This document shows, in pieces, positions 36,343 through 46,398 of a DNA stretch of 64,000 nt. Every line of letters starts with the position of its first letter. The first letter of the stretch is position 1. Where the stretch lies: assembly GCA_027365775.1 (NCBI GenBank), contig DAHXLX010000017.1:26351-90350 (forward strand). The letters are read 5' to 3'. Source of the DNA: Candidatus Saccharimonadota bacterium. GTDB lineage: Bacteria; Patescibacteriota; Saccharimonadia; Saccharimonadales; UBA4665. The position numbers and the translations under genes are program-made. Below the pieces are notes generated by a model that was not told the origin of the DNA, searched no databases, and saw only the letters and a list, made by a program, of their open reading frames with translations.

Positions 36343-37218
36343 TCACGATACATTTTTAGATATAGCGTTTAGCGTGTTGATATCAGCCTCGTCGATTTCT
36401 AATGCCGCAGCGCTGACGTTCTCCTCCAAATGTTTTATTGACGAAGTTCCCGGAATCGGCAATATATTAGCCGAGTGATCCAGCAGCCAAGCAATAGCTA
36501 TTTGGTAGGGTGATGCGTTGTATTTGGCAGCCACTTTTGATACCACATCATTAGCGAAACCGTCAGGCAGATTACCGCCTACGGGGAAATAAGGTATAAA
36601 AGTAACGCCGTGCTGTTGACAGAGGCGTAAAATATCCTCGTGCTCGCGATTTATTAAATTATAATTGTTCTGTACACTAACAAACTCACCCATATTCATA
36701 GCCGTCGTGAATTGTTGAGGCTCAATATTTGATAAGCCAATATGCTTGATTTTTCCTTCACTTTGCAGGTCGAGCAAGGTACCGAACGAGTCTTCAAATC
36801 TCACTTTGGGATCGACAGTATGCAGCTGATAAAGATCGATTGAGTCGAGGTGCAGCCGACGCAAACTATCTTCACAGGCCCTGCGTAAATGCTCGGGCGA
36901 ACAGTCCGCAATCCATATTCCCGGGCCACGTCTGATCAGCCCGCCTTTCGTTGCCACGACTATTCCCCTATAAGGAAACAAGGCTTCTTTGATCAGATTC
37001 TCGCTTACCTCCGGGCCATAGGCATCAGCGGTGTCGATAAAATTCACGCCCAGTTCAACCGCCCGTTTAAGCAATCTTATTGCACCCTGACGACTCGCTG
37101 GATCACCCCATATACCCGGGCCCGTGATTCGCATCGCTCCATAACCCAAACGATTGACTTTAAAATTGCCAAGTTTTATCGTTCCTGCCGCCTCAGCATT
37201 AACATCTACCGTTAACAT
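36343..37218 (-). CDS. aldo/keto reductase
   Basis: LGYGAMRITG, FIDTADAYGP, VVATKGG and IPGTSSIKHLEEN motifs. Confidence 0.88.
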   Translation of the reverse strand: MLTVDVNAEAAGTIKLGNFKVNRLGYGAMRITGPGIWGDPASRQGAIRLLKRAVELGVNFIDTADAYGPEVSENLIKEALFPYRGIVVATKGGLIRRGPGIWIADCSPEHLRRACEDSLRRLHLDSIDLYQLHTVDPKVRFEDSFGTLLDLQSEGKIKHIGLSNIEPQQFTTAMNMGEFVSVQNNYNLINREHEDILRLCQQHGVTFIPYFPVGGNLPDGFANDVVSKVAAKYNASPYQIAIAWLLDHSANILPIPGTSSIKHLEENVSAAALEIDEADINTLNAISKNVS

Positions 37219-37303
37219 TATTTGCCTCCGTTAACATACTAGCTCATCGATTAAATTACTGTTTTAGATTATGTCTCATATCTGTTATCTACAGTTAGAA
37301 AAT

Positions 37304-38674
37304 TTACTGACTTTTAGTTGCTGATAGTGAACAATTTTGTAGTTCAAGCTTGTACAACTCCAACTGCTCTTTTGTTATACCTAGGCTGGTGATTATAAAG
37401 CTGTCCGGTACTGCGGAAGAATAAAGCGCTAATGCAGTCTTCTGGATTGAGATATCCGTTTTATCGGCCGGTTGTTTTCTAGCTTTATTTAAGCCACAGC
37501 GATCATAGAAAGAACGTACTTTTGGATCAGTCTGCAGTGACCGGCTATTTAAGCCGAGCAAATAAAGACCGTCTAATGATCGAATCCGACTCAATGCTAC
37601 ATATCCCATGCCATAAGTGAAGCTCCTGGTTAAGTCGATTGCCGCCGTTTCTAAACTCATACCCTGACTTTTATGTATGGTTATTGCCCATGCCAGTTTA
37701 AGGGGTATTTGTATTAGCTCCGCTAAAACTTGACCATATTCTAAATATGTCCACCGGTAAACATCTACGGTCAGTCTAGCTCTATTATCAGTCTCGACTA
37801 CCGGCAAACCGTGTTTGAAACCGACAACACTACCCTGTGTACCGTTAACATAACCGACTTTGGGATTGTTGGCCGTAAACATTACTCGAGCGCCGGTTTT
37901 TAAGCTTAACAACTTTGGCGTTAAGACTGCAGCGGATAATTCATTCGCCGCCCTTGGTATACCATTAACTAATTGCCTGTAAGACCTTGTCTCGCCCTTT
38001 AGATTATCTAATTTGAGGCGATTGTTCATTTCAACCGCCTGATTATGAGTTAACAACATCGGAGTATCTGATTTAGGTTCAAGACATCGAGTCATTAAAT
38101 CGTTGAGGTTATCTACTGAAAATAATCCGTCTCTAAGTGATGACAACGCTGTGAATAGTTTGTCATTGATCTGCCGGTGCTGTTCACTCAGCGAACACAC
38201 GACCAGGCTAAGTAGCTTCCAACTTTTTGATTCAAACGCATAACCGCCATTATTTCTATCAACCGGAGGTAATTGAAAGAAATCGCCGCAGACTATAACT
38301 TGAACACCACCAAATGGTTGGCTATTGTGGCGTGCTTTAACCAACAATCGGTTAAGCTTGTCAAAAATATTCGCTGACAGCATTGATATTTCATCAATAA
38401 TTAAGATTTCAGCGTTTCTGAGCCGCTCAGTCCAATAATTATTAGCGGACATTGAATGATCTCGATAATAAATGCCAGCCCAGGAATGAATCGTCACTCC
38501 GCCAAGTAAATTTGCTGCAATACCAGTCGTAGCCGTCAGGGCGACCCTCTTACCTCGACCTTCCATCTGGTTCACAAACTGTCTTATGACATAACTTTTC
38601 CCGGATCCTGGCGGACCGGTCAAAAAAACATTTTGCCCACCAATCATAATAGCGAGCGCCTGTGACTGTTTCAT
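37304..38674 (-). CDS. PIF1/RecD-like SF1B DNA helicase
   Basis: Walker A LTGPPGSGKSY, Walker B ILIIDEISML, plus GDFFQLPPV, ITIHKSQGMS and YVALSR motifs. Confidence 0.8.
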   Translation of the reverse strand: MKQSQALAIMIGGQNVFLTGPPGSGKSYVIRQFVNQMEGRGKRVALTATTGIAANLLGGVTIHSWAGIYYRDHSMSANNYWTERLRNAEILIIDEISMLSANIFDKLNRLLVKARHNSQPFGGVQVIVCGDFFQLPPVDRNNGGYAFESKSWKLLSLVVCSLSEQHRQINDKLFTALSSLRDGLFSVDNLNDLMTRCLEPKSDTPMLLTHNQAVEMNNRLKLDNLKGETRSYRQLVNGIPRAANELSAAVLTPKLLSLKTGARVMFTANNPKVGYVNGTQGSVVGFKHGLPVVETDNRARLTVDVYRWTYLEYGQVLAELIQIPLKLAWAITIHKSQGMSLETAAIDLTRSFTYGMGYVALSRIRSLDGLYLLGLNSRSLQTDPKVRSFYDRCGLNKARKQPADKTDISIQKTALALYSSAVPDSFIITSLGITKEQLELYKLELQNCSLSATKSQ

Positions 38675-38701
38675 ATCCCTAAACGATGGGATTATAGCAG
38701 C

Positions 38702-39283
38702 TTACTGGCGTTTATCGCTGGTGTTTTTGTGCTTTTGACGCCTCTGATAGTCTTTATATGCTAATTGATTCCTGAGCTGATCAATTCTGATTATGTACTT
38801 GTCCCATGGTTTCAATAGACTCGAATATTGCCAATTGGGCGTCATGATATGCAACAGTTTGTTTTTTTCTGCCAAATACTCAATTAGACTAACAAAATCC
38901 CCGTCACCTGAAACAATTATTGCCTTATGATAATTTGGCAACTCTTTCATTGCATAAAGAACCAGATCGGCGTCTATGTTACCCTTGATTATTGGTTTGT
39001 GCTCTTCGGTTGCAGTACGATCATCACCAATTTTCATGTCTACGGTCGGCTTCAACGCAATCAAATACCCCAATTCGTGCATATGCTCATATAACGGTTC
39101 ATTCTCTGCCATATAGCCTATGAACATGAAGGCTTTAGTAACGTTAAAATTGTCTTTCAAATATGCCCTGAAAGCTCGCCAGTCCATTTTCCAACCTACT
39201 TTTTGCACACCCAGATTCAAGTTTTGGCTATCAATGAACGCATAAACCTGCCGACGTTTCTGTTTACGTTTTAATACACTCAT
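38702..39283 (-). CDS. NYN (LabA/DUF88-like) domain protein
   Basis: AFIDSQNLNLG near the N-terminus and IIVSGDGDFVSLIEYL. The start overlaps the glyQS stop by 4 nt. Confidence 0.75.
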   Translation of the reverse strand: MSVLKRKQKRRQVYAFIDSQNLNLGVQKVGWKMDWRAFRAYLKDNFNVTKAFMFIGYMAENEPLYEHMHELGYLIALKPTVDMKIGDDRTATEEHKPIIKGNIDADLVLYAMKELPNYHKAIIVSGDGDFVSLIEYLAEKNKLLHIMTPNWQYSSLLKPWDKYIIRIDQLRNQLAYKDYQRRQKHKNTSDKRQ

Positions 39284-40632
39284 CGAGACAATTCTTTATT
39301 TAATAGCTGTTTTAATTTATCCACGGCGTACCTTTCTTGCTTTAGATCATCCCGGAAACGTATGGTAACCGAGCGGTTATCGAGTGATTCGAAATCGATG
39401 GTTATACAAAAAGGTGTGCCAATTTCATCCTGCCTTCTGTAACGTTTACCGATATTACCATTATCATCCCAGATCACCATGCCATAATCTTGCTTCAAAT
39501 CGTTATAAATTTCCCTAGCCATCCTTACCAGTTCAGGTTTATTTTTTAACAGAGGGCTCACGGCTAACTTATAGGGAGCAATGGCTGGCTTTAATTTCAA
39601 TACGGTCCGCTCCTCTCCATTAACTGATTCTTTAACGAATGCGTCGGACATCACAGCCAACAACATCCTGCCGACACCGACCGATGATTCTATAACGTAC
39701 GGTATAAACCGTTCACCGGTTTGCTCGTCGACATAACTAAGATCTTTACCGCTTACTCGCGCGTGATTAGATAAGTCATAGTCAGTACGATTGTGTGTGC
39801 CCCAAAGTTCTTTCGTGCCGTGTGGAAACTTAAAGTAGATGTCGTGCGCCGCTGCCGCATAATGGGCTCTTTCATTTGCATCATGTTCATGCCAACTCAA
39901 GCTGCTTTCTTTTAGGCCAATCTTATCAATTAGAAAATGCCAGGCAAACTGCCGCCATTGGTCATACGCACTTTCTTGCATATCCTTGCTTATAAAGTAC
40001 TGCATCTCCATTTGTTCCAGCTCACGTACCCGGAATATGAAATCACGCGGCGATATCTCGTTGCGGAAAGCCTTACCTATTTGAGCAATACCGAACGGTA
40101 ATTTTGCCCTCATCGTGTCCTTAACGTTTAAAAAATTGGTGAATATAGCGCCGGCAGTTTCCGGACGAAGGTATGTCTTTGCCGCATCGTCTTGGACCGG
40201 TCCTACCCAGGTTTGCATCATCATGTTGAAGTAACGCGGTTCGCTGATCGGGTTCCCCTCTGGTGATTTCTTGTCTTTTAGTATTGCCGCAAGTTCTTTT
40301 AGGTCGGCGGTATCGACGCCGGCCAAATGATCAGCACGGTAACGTTTATGGGTTATTGTGTCTTCAACCATCGGATCGGTAAAGCCGGCGACATGTCCGC
40401 TGGCTTCCCATAGCAGCGGGTTCTGAATAATTGATCCGTCAACCCCGAAAATATTATCGTGATCCCTGACCATAGCGTTCCACCAGAGAGTTTTTAGATT
40501 ATTAACCAGTTCAATGCCTAATGGTCCATAATCATAGAATCCGGCTAACCCGCCATAAATTTCACTGGATTGAAAAACAAATCCGCGCCGCTTAGATAAA
40601 CTGACAATGTCTTCCATTTGAACTGTCTTCAT
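39280..40632 (-). CDS. glyQS: glycine--tRNA ligase (homodimeric type)
   Basis: LSKRRGFVFQSSEIYGGLAGFYDYGPLG, FRNEISPR and GVGRMLLA motifs. Confidence 0.92.
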   Translation of the reverse strand: MKTVQMEDIVSLSKRRGFVFQSSEIYGGLAGFYDYGPLGIELVNNLKTLWWNAMVRDHDNIFGVDGSIIQNPLLWEASGHVAGFTDPMVEDTITHKRYRADHLAGVDTADLKELAAILKDKKSPEGNPISEPRYFNMMMQTWVGPVQDDAAKTYLRPETAGAIFTNFLNVKDTMRAKLPFGIAQIGKAFRNEISPRDFIFRVRELEQMEMQYFISKDMQESAYDQWRQFAWHFLIDKIGLKESSLSWHEHDANERAHYAAAAHDIYFKFPHGTKELWGTHNRTDYDLSNHARVSGKDLSYVDEQTGERFIPYVIESSVGVGRMLLAVMSDAFVKESVNGEERTVLKLKPAIAPYKLAVSPLLKNKPELVRMAREIYNDLKQDYGMVIWDDNGNIGKRYRRQDEIGTPFCITIDFESLDNRSVTIRFRDDLKQERYAVDKLKQLLNKELSR

Positions 40633-40681
40633 GAATATTTCACTCTATGGGTAGGATTATAACCATTTTTGACGGTTTTAA

Positions 40682-41374
40682 CTAACTGCTCAAATGTAGA
40701 CTATGCATCAAGTTAACCAATGGTGATAAGTCTTGCGCAAATTTAACCGAGCCATTAATACGGGCAAGAACGTTTGGCTTACCGCTGGCAAACACGATCC
40801 GTAAATATTTTATGTGATCAATCCCGAAACGCCCGCCAGCATTTGACTCAAAAGACATCGCATCGCTATTAAATATAAACCGGCCGCTAGCGGTTAAAGG
40901 CTTACCGTTAGAGTTTGACACTAAGTTGGGGGCATGTCCGGATATTGCAATCATACGGGCGTTAAACCATAGTCTGATAAGCACATTATCGATGTTTAGA
41001 TCATTAAGCCCCTCGAGTGCTGCATGCAACAAATCGAAGTATTCGCTTTCTGCACCTGATTCAGTCAATTTTTCGACGGATGATAACAATTCATAGCCTA
41101 AGCGGACCCGGTCAATACTTTTGATTATCTCCGGGTAATTTGTCTTCAGTCGGGACGATACCAAGGTAGCCAAGTCTCCCTTACCCCTGACAAAATTTAT
41201 ATCATCCACAGTGAACAGCTCTATTCCTCCGGCTAGCTTACTTTTTAGAACACGAGTTCCCCGGGCGACTAACGAGATCTTGCCATAATCCGGGGTAATA
41301 ACCGTTATAATACGATCGGTTTCCCGATAGTTTCGTCGGGACAATACAATGGCACTAGTCCTGAGCTGCAACAT
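40682..41374 (-). CDS. recO: DNA repair protein RecO
   Basis: The N-terminal OB-fold pattern (SAIVLSRRNYRETDRIITVITPDYGKISLVARG) and the size are typical. Confidence 0.8.
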   Translation of the reverse strand: MLQLRTSAIVLSRRNYRETDRIITVITPDYGKISLVARGTRVLKSKLAGGIELFTVDDINFVRGKGDLATLVSSRLKTNYPEIIKSIDRVRLGYELLSSVEKLTESGAESEYFDLLHAALEGLNDLNIDNVLIRLWFNARMIAISGHAPNLVSNSNGKPLTASGRFIFNSDAMSFESNAGGRFGIDHIKYLRIVFASGKPNVLARINGSVKFAQDLSPLVNLMHSLHLSS

Positions 41375-41762
41375 TATTTACCGATAATGAATCCTCGATC
41401 GTTCTAAGCAGCAACACTAGACTGGTCGATGGTTTATAAAGATACTTGCGTACACCAAGATGATCCTGAAGACCGTTGCGGCTGTTGTCGAATTCCATCG
41501 CCGGTACGGAACTTAATATGATTACCGGAATCGTTTGCCAATCAGTATAAGATCGGAACTCGTACAGAAATTCGATGCCACTGTGCCTGACCAACTGTAT
41601 CTCACACACAACTATGTCCGGACATCGTTCATCGGCAGCAATTACAGCCTCTTGGGCTGTCATTACATGACACACATAATAACCCTTGACCCTTAATGCG
41701 CTGGCGTAAACCGACCCAAGGACCTTATCGGGTTCAACTAGTAAGACTACTTTAGCAATCAT
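41355..41762 (-). CDS. receiver-domain protein with Glu at the phospho-acceptor position (pseudo-receiver)
   Basis: It aligns by eye to the other receivers. PDIVVCEIQLVRHSG corresponds to PDLIISDVMMPKISG, so Asp becomes Glu and Pro becomes Val. The Ser/Thr (ILSS) and Lys (YKPS) positions are retained. Confidence 0.7.
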   Translation of the reverse strand: MIAKVVLLVEPDKVLGSVYASALRVKGYYVCHVMTAQEAVIAADERCPDIVVCEIQLVRHSGIEFLYEFRSYTDWQTIPVIILSSVPAMEFDNSRNGLQDHLGVRKYLYKPSTSLVLLLRTIEDSLSVNNVAAQD

Positions 41763-41768
41763 AATCAG

Positions 41769-42488
41769 TCAGACCAATACCAATTGAGATGATGGCCTCA
41801 GGACCACCCCAAGCCCGTACAACTTATGGTGCCGGGATACATTAAGCCTTAAGCTCATGGCTTTAAAAATTGCATCGGCAACAAAGATACCGGCGCCGCT
41901 CGTATGACTTACATCGACTATCGGCTGACGAGAGAGTCCATATAATCGTCTGCCTTTACGCAGTGCATCACTAGTTAGGCCCGGTACGGTTGCATAAACT
42001 CCGGCTACGATACCGTATCGGCAACGATGCGTTGCCAACTGGAGCACGGCTTTATCCTTATTACCTTGTGCCGGCAACGTCTCGATTAAGGCACTGGCGA
42101 TACCGACTATCGCCGATTGCAGGCCTCGCTTGTGGGCAAGAACCGGCCCGTATTTACCGCTAATGTTTAACTCCAGCTGCACGTTATAAAGTCGAGCTAA
42201 GCCGTCCAATTGTTGACAGGCATCATACAATACTGAGGCAACAGATACCGAATCAGGAGTTAACTCAAATTTAAACTGCCGCTGAAGCTGTAATCCCAGG
42301 CTATACGCATCAATTAGATACAACGTATTAGCAGCCAGTGCTTGAATCTGATTTAAATCCGGCTCTAAACCCAACCTGGATAGCTCAACCTGACGAGAAA
42401 TCTGCAATAAAGGTAGCTTCATCTGCTCGGCGATGGATAAGAGCAGCTGCTGTGAAATTTCAGGACCCTGTCGATCTGCCGAATGCAC
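41769..42488 (-). CDS. degenerate histidine-kinase-like protein lacking the H-box His
   Basis: SIAEQMKLPLLQI aligns to TASHEMRTPVAAI, so His becomes Glu. The N-box Asn is lost (IVGIASALIETL). A G2-like remnant remains (SGAGIFVADAIF). There are no TM segments. Confidence 0.5.
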   Translation of the reverse strand: MHSADRQGPEISQQLLLSIAEQMKLPLLQISRQVELSRLGLEPDLNQIQALAANTLYLIDAYSLGLQLQRQFKFELTPDSVSVASVLYDACQQLDGLARLYNVQLELNISGKYGPVLAHKRGLQSAIVGIASALIETLPAQGNKDKAVLQLATHRCRYGIVAGVYATVPGLTSDALRKGRRLYGLSRQPIVDVSHTSGAGIFVADAIFKAMSLRLNVSRHHKLYGLGVVLRPSSQLVLV

Positions 42489-42562
42489 TTTAAATATGTC
42501 CCCTCCTACCCTATCAGTAGCCCAAATTATACTACCAGCCGGTTAAGCCGTCCAAAAACAAA

Positions 42563-43222
42563 CTAAGGCTGGAAACTAATTTGTGGCAGAATCTGGCCAA
42601 CAAATTGGTTGACGTATTGCGGTTGTTCGGTCCATATCTCAAGCGTATTTGTCCTTAAAGGCAGCATAACCATTACTCCCGAAATATTAGGTTCAATCTG
42701 CCCGCTAATTTTGACACCTACAACACTAGGCACCTTAGGTAATGAATAGGGGGTTATTGTAAGATTACCAGGCTGTTGTTGACTAGTGTAATTCGATAAC
42801 TGGGAACTGTAGGGATTGGCATTAACTTCGATTCTCAACGCATAGAGACTGTCTGTTCCACCAATAGCAGGTACGACCACCGGATTAAAATATTCATCTA
42901 ATGGATTATTGTTTCCCGTGTTATCTACATAACCGCTCCAGTTTTTCGGATAAGCGACATATATACTTCCATACTGCGGCGGTCCGGTATAGGACGTGTA
43001 CGGATTCTGGCTTTCCAATTGAAACTTCTGATTGAGCAGGTTATCTTCCTTGGTTTTCTCATTTTGGACCGCCATAGCTATCAAAGCGTTAACGTTATCT
43101 TTATAATACTGACGGCCGTTAAAAGCCCATACTCCGAATATAATTGCCGCAACTGCAATTATGCTAACGACCATAAACGGTAACAGTAATCTAATAAACC
43201 CTTCGGAATTCAGCCGTTTCAT
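42563..43222 (-). CDS. hypothetical membrane-anchored protein
   Basis: A 219-aa ORF with an N-terminal TM (LLLPFMVVSIIAVAAIIFGVWAF). No motif was recognised. Confidence 0.5.
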   Translation of the reverse strand: MKRLNSEGFIRLLLPFMVVSIIAVAAIIFGVWAFNGRQYYKDNVNALIAMAVQNEKTKEDNLLNQKFQLESQNPYTSYTGPPQYGSIYVAYPKNWSGYVDNTGNNNPLDEYFNPVVVPAIGGTDSLYALRIEVNANPYSSQLSNYTSQQQPGNLTITPYSLPKVPSVVGVKISGQIEPNISGVMVMLPLRTNTLEIWTEQPQYVNQFVGQILPQISFQP

Positions 43223-43425
43223 AGCGCTTATGTTAGCTTAAATAGGGTTTTCTGGCAATAATTAATGGCTTTAATAATACAAAATGCCGTATCATCCTTC
43301 GGGCATAATACTAGTTAAGTTTCGTTTACCGCTAATATCAAAAGGCAATAAATTGGCGGCATAATCAGGCCATCGGACTGGCCGCGAATCATCAGTAATC
43401 AGGCAACTGGGGTCTTGCAGACTAT

Positions 43426-43947
43426 TTACAAACTACTTAGCCGATGCCCCGGGTGACTGAAGTCGTAAAGAAATACTCCCCGATTCTGAGCAACCGGTTT
43501 ATGTACCGGAAACGTAAACGCAAAACTAATTACTTTATGATTGGCCGGCTCAACTTCGGCTATTCGTGCTTCAAGCTTTGACATTAATCGAGGTAGCAGA
43601 AACACGTATATCGCATCGGCCGGAGGCCATTTTTTACGCCAAAAATCACCATATACAACCTTTACCCGGTGGCCGTATTTCCTGGTTCTGGCCCAGGCAT
43701 AGACAAACAACAGCGGGTTGAGCTCATAGCCGACTGAGTTTAAGCCTTGTTTAGCGGCCTCGACCAGTACCCTGCCATCTCCACAACCCAATTCGATAAT
43801 CGTATCGCCGGGTTTAAGCTTGGCCAATTCAAATGCAAGCTCGATCTGTTTTCTTAACGTTGGCATATATGGAGCACCAACCAGCAGTACCACACTGAAG
43901 CAAAACGCCAACAATAAGGCCAATATCAATACTAGCTGCCACCACAT
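43426..43947 (-). CDS. class I SAM-dependent methyltransferase with N-terminal TM
   Basis: Motif I IIELGCGDGRVLVEAAK. Confidence 0.7.
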   Translation of the reverse strand: MWWQLVLILALLLAFCFSVVLLVGAPYMPTLRKQIELAFELAKLKPGDTIIELGCGDGRVLVEAAKQGLNSVGYELNPLLFVYAWARTRKYGHRVKVVYGDFWRKKWPPADAIYVFLLPRLMSKLEARIAEVEPANHKVISFAFTFPVHKPVAQNRGVFLYDFSHPGHRLSSL

Positions 43948-44153
43948 TAATTTGCTTCTTTCTTTTGGTTTATCTTTACCAGCCGGTTTTTAGCATTTTT
44001 GAGATACTTGGCCATCTGATCGGTTATGGAAACCCCTTGTTCGTATAAAGCTAATGACTCATCAATCGACGTTGAACCATCCTGCAATTTGGCGATAACT
44101 ACATCTAATTTAGCTGACAACTCCTCGTAAGTCGGTTGAACCTTGTTAGCCAT
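43947..44153 (-). CDS. xseB: exodeoxyribonuclease VII small subunit
   Basis: A 68-aa helical protein (YEELSAKLDVVIAKLQDGSTSIDESLALYEQG). It overlaps the xseA stop. Confidence 0.85.
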   Translation of the reverse strand: MANKVQPTYEELSAKLDVVIAKLQDGSTSIDESLALYEQGVSITDQMAKYLKNAKNRLVKINQKKEAN

Positions 44154-45273
44154 CTGAACTCCTTATGACTCTGGTGATCCCAGCCTCAAACTCGATTTTA
44201 GCCATTTCAATAGTTACTATATCATTTTGTTTTAGCCCGCTGCCGTCGGTTATGATAGAACCGATTCGTACGATCGCAAACCCGCGTCGTAATATATCTT
44301 TCGGATTAAGCGCCTCAAGCAGTCGACGGTATTGACCCAACCGGTTGAGATCTGTTTCAATTCTTGCTTTTGCCAATCTGGGGATGAAAGATTTAATTTC
44401 AATCAGCCGTTCATCGGCATAACGCAGCCGGCGATCAACATACGATCGTAGTTCTACCGGTAAAGTAGATAATCGTTTGGATACCTCACGCTTGTCCGGT
44501 ACTAAAATTTCGGCCGCGTTGCTGGGTGTTGAGGCCCGCTTATCGGCTGCAAGTTCGCTCAGACTGATGTCACGTTCGTGACCGATTGCCACCAAAGTCG
44601 GTACTCTGCTGGCTGCTACTGCTCTTGTTACCTGTTCACTATTAAAAGCCGCCAGATCCTCGGGGCTACCGCCACCTCGTACCATAACGATTACGTCTGG
44701 CGGTTCTGCCTGTGAGGAAAAGAACTCCAATCCGTTAATTATGTCTGCCGGAGCTTGTTCCCCTTGGACGTTGACATCATAACATTCGATCGTCAAGCCT
44801 GCCCAGCGATCGCTTAGTATCTTTATAAAATCAGCGTAAGCTGCCGACTGAATCGAAGTTATCAGCCCAATTCTAGATGGCAGATAGGGTAGGTTTCGCT
44901 TACGCTCCGGTGCGAATAAACCTTCGGCTGTTAACTTAGCCATTAGAAGATCATTCAGTCGTTTAATCGATCCTGACCCCAATGCGCTTATATTGCTAAA
45001 AGAGATACTGAATCCATATTGTGGATGCAACCGGGGTATGCCCCTGACCTTAAGCATCATGCCATCCTCAAGCGGACCGGGCAAATTATAAACTGAACCA
45101 AAGAATGAGACTTTGGCCAGCTCGTCCTTAAGATCAAAATACACCCAACGGTTCTTGTTAACCCTAAAGTTTGCCAATTCACCGAAAACTACGACCTGCG
45201 GATACGCGAATTCCAGCGTCTGATTAAAAACGGCTACAAACTGGCTAACCGAAAGCTCTGGATTAACGTTCAT
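44146..45273 (-). CDS. xseA: exodeoxyribonuclease VII large subunit
   Basis: N-terminal OB fold (SVSQFVAVFNQTLEFAYPQVVVFGELANF) and the GGGSPEDLAAFN and IGHERD motifs. Confidence 0.85.
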   Translation of the reverse strand: MNVNPELSVSQFVAVFNQTLEFAYPQVVVFGELANFRVNKNRWVYFDLKDELAKVSFFGSVYNLPGPLEDGMMLKVRGIPRLHPQYGFSISFSNISALGSGSIKRLNDLLMAKLTAEGLFAPERKRNLPYLPSRIGLITSIQSAAYADFIKILSDRWAGLTIECYDVNVQGEQAPADIINGLEFFSSQAEPPDVIVMVRGGGSPEDLAAFNSEQVTRAVAASRVPTLVAIGHERDISLSELAADKRASTPSNAAEILVPDKREVSKRLSTLPVELRSYVDRRLRYADERLIEIKSFIPRLAKARIETDLNRLGQYRRLLEALNPKDILRRGFAIVRIGSIITDGSGLKQNDIVTIEMAKIEFEAGITRVIRSSDG

Positions 45274-46331
45274 GCAGCTCCATGATTGTTGGTTACAGCC
45301 CGGGCAGATATCTGCTTCTGGTAAAGATAATACCCGGGTGGTACCTGCAGCAAGGTGTTAAGCACCCGATACATAATTACAACCGGCAAGCTGATTGCTG
45401 CCGGTATACCGGTAGCTACTAGTACGGCAGTCATTAGGGCTTCATAGATACCTATACCACCAGGTAATATGGAAACCATGCCGGCAAAATTGGATACTCC
45501 GTATGCCAGTATCACAGCACCAACATTGACCAGCCTGCCGAATGCCAAAAACACGACATAGACAACTGCGACTTCGGTAATATTGCACAATAACGCATAC
45601 AAAAACGGTGCCCGCATTTGCCGGCGGTTGTTTTGGATCTGACGGAAAGAAGAATGAAAGTCGCCAAATACCTTCCGGGCACGATTAATGTTTATTATGT
45701 CATATTTGCGCGGACGTATATGATTGATAAATCTGTTTAATTGTTTGGTGACAAATTCCAAGAAATAATTAATCCTTTCTTCCCTGCCGACGATAAATAC
45801 AAACAAAACCGATCCGACTATCAACAAGGTTGACAGAATTCCGGCAACCAACATGGTAAAACTATTGACCCTGCCTTGCAGTGCCAACGCTATCACACTT
45901 AGAATCACCAATACCTCAAAGCTAAAGAAAATCATTCCCAGTTTCAATACCTGTATAAGAGTTGCTTTACCTCCGGTGATTTCATTATTCTTGATCTTCA
46001 ACCCGAAATAAGATAAGCCGGCGGCACCGCCGCTGGGGAATACGTGGTTTACGAAGTTAATTTCAAGTGAAGCCAAATATAGATACTTATACGAAAGCTC
46101 ATTACCGACGTTCTTAAACAGATGCTGGTAAAGTTTAGCTTGAGCATGATAGTTCAATATTTCAATTGGAATAATCGCTATCAGTATCCAAGCATGGACT
46201 TTGGTCAGATTCTGGAAAGTAGTTTCCAGGTCATGCCGGACCAGATAAAGGGTAATTAATAACGCTGCTATGGTTGCGACATTCAGGATCAGTTTCCATC
46301 TGGTAATCATTAAGTGCGACAATTTACCCAT
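45270..46331 (-). CDS. UPF0104 / flippase-like (LPG-synthase TM domain) membrane protein
   Basis: About 8 TM segments, with the pattern PGGIGIYE near the C-terminus. Confidence 0.62.
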   Translation of the reverse strand: MGKLSHLMITRWKLILNVATIAALLITLYLVRHDLETTFQNLTKVHAWILIAIIPIEILNYHAQAKLYQHLFKNVGNELSYKYLYLASLEINFVNHVFPSGGAAGLSYFGLKIKNNEITGGKATLIQVLKLGMIFFSFEVLVILSVIALALQGRVNSFTMLVAGILSTLLIVGSVLFVFIVGREERINYFLEFVTKQLNRFINHIRPRKYDIININRARKVFGDFHSSFRQIQNNRRQMRAPFLYALLCNITEVAVVYVVFLAFGRLVNVGAVILAYGVSNFAGMVSILPGGIGIYEALMTAVLVATGIPAAISLPVVIMYRVLNTLLQVPPGYYLYQKQISARAVTNNHGAA

Positions 46332-46398
46332 GTTTGCACAATTATATCCCTTATCATGCTAAGCTGGCTAATAACCTCTTTACGATACAATATATATT

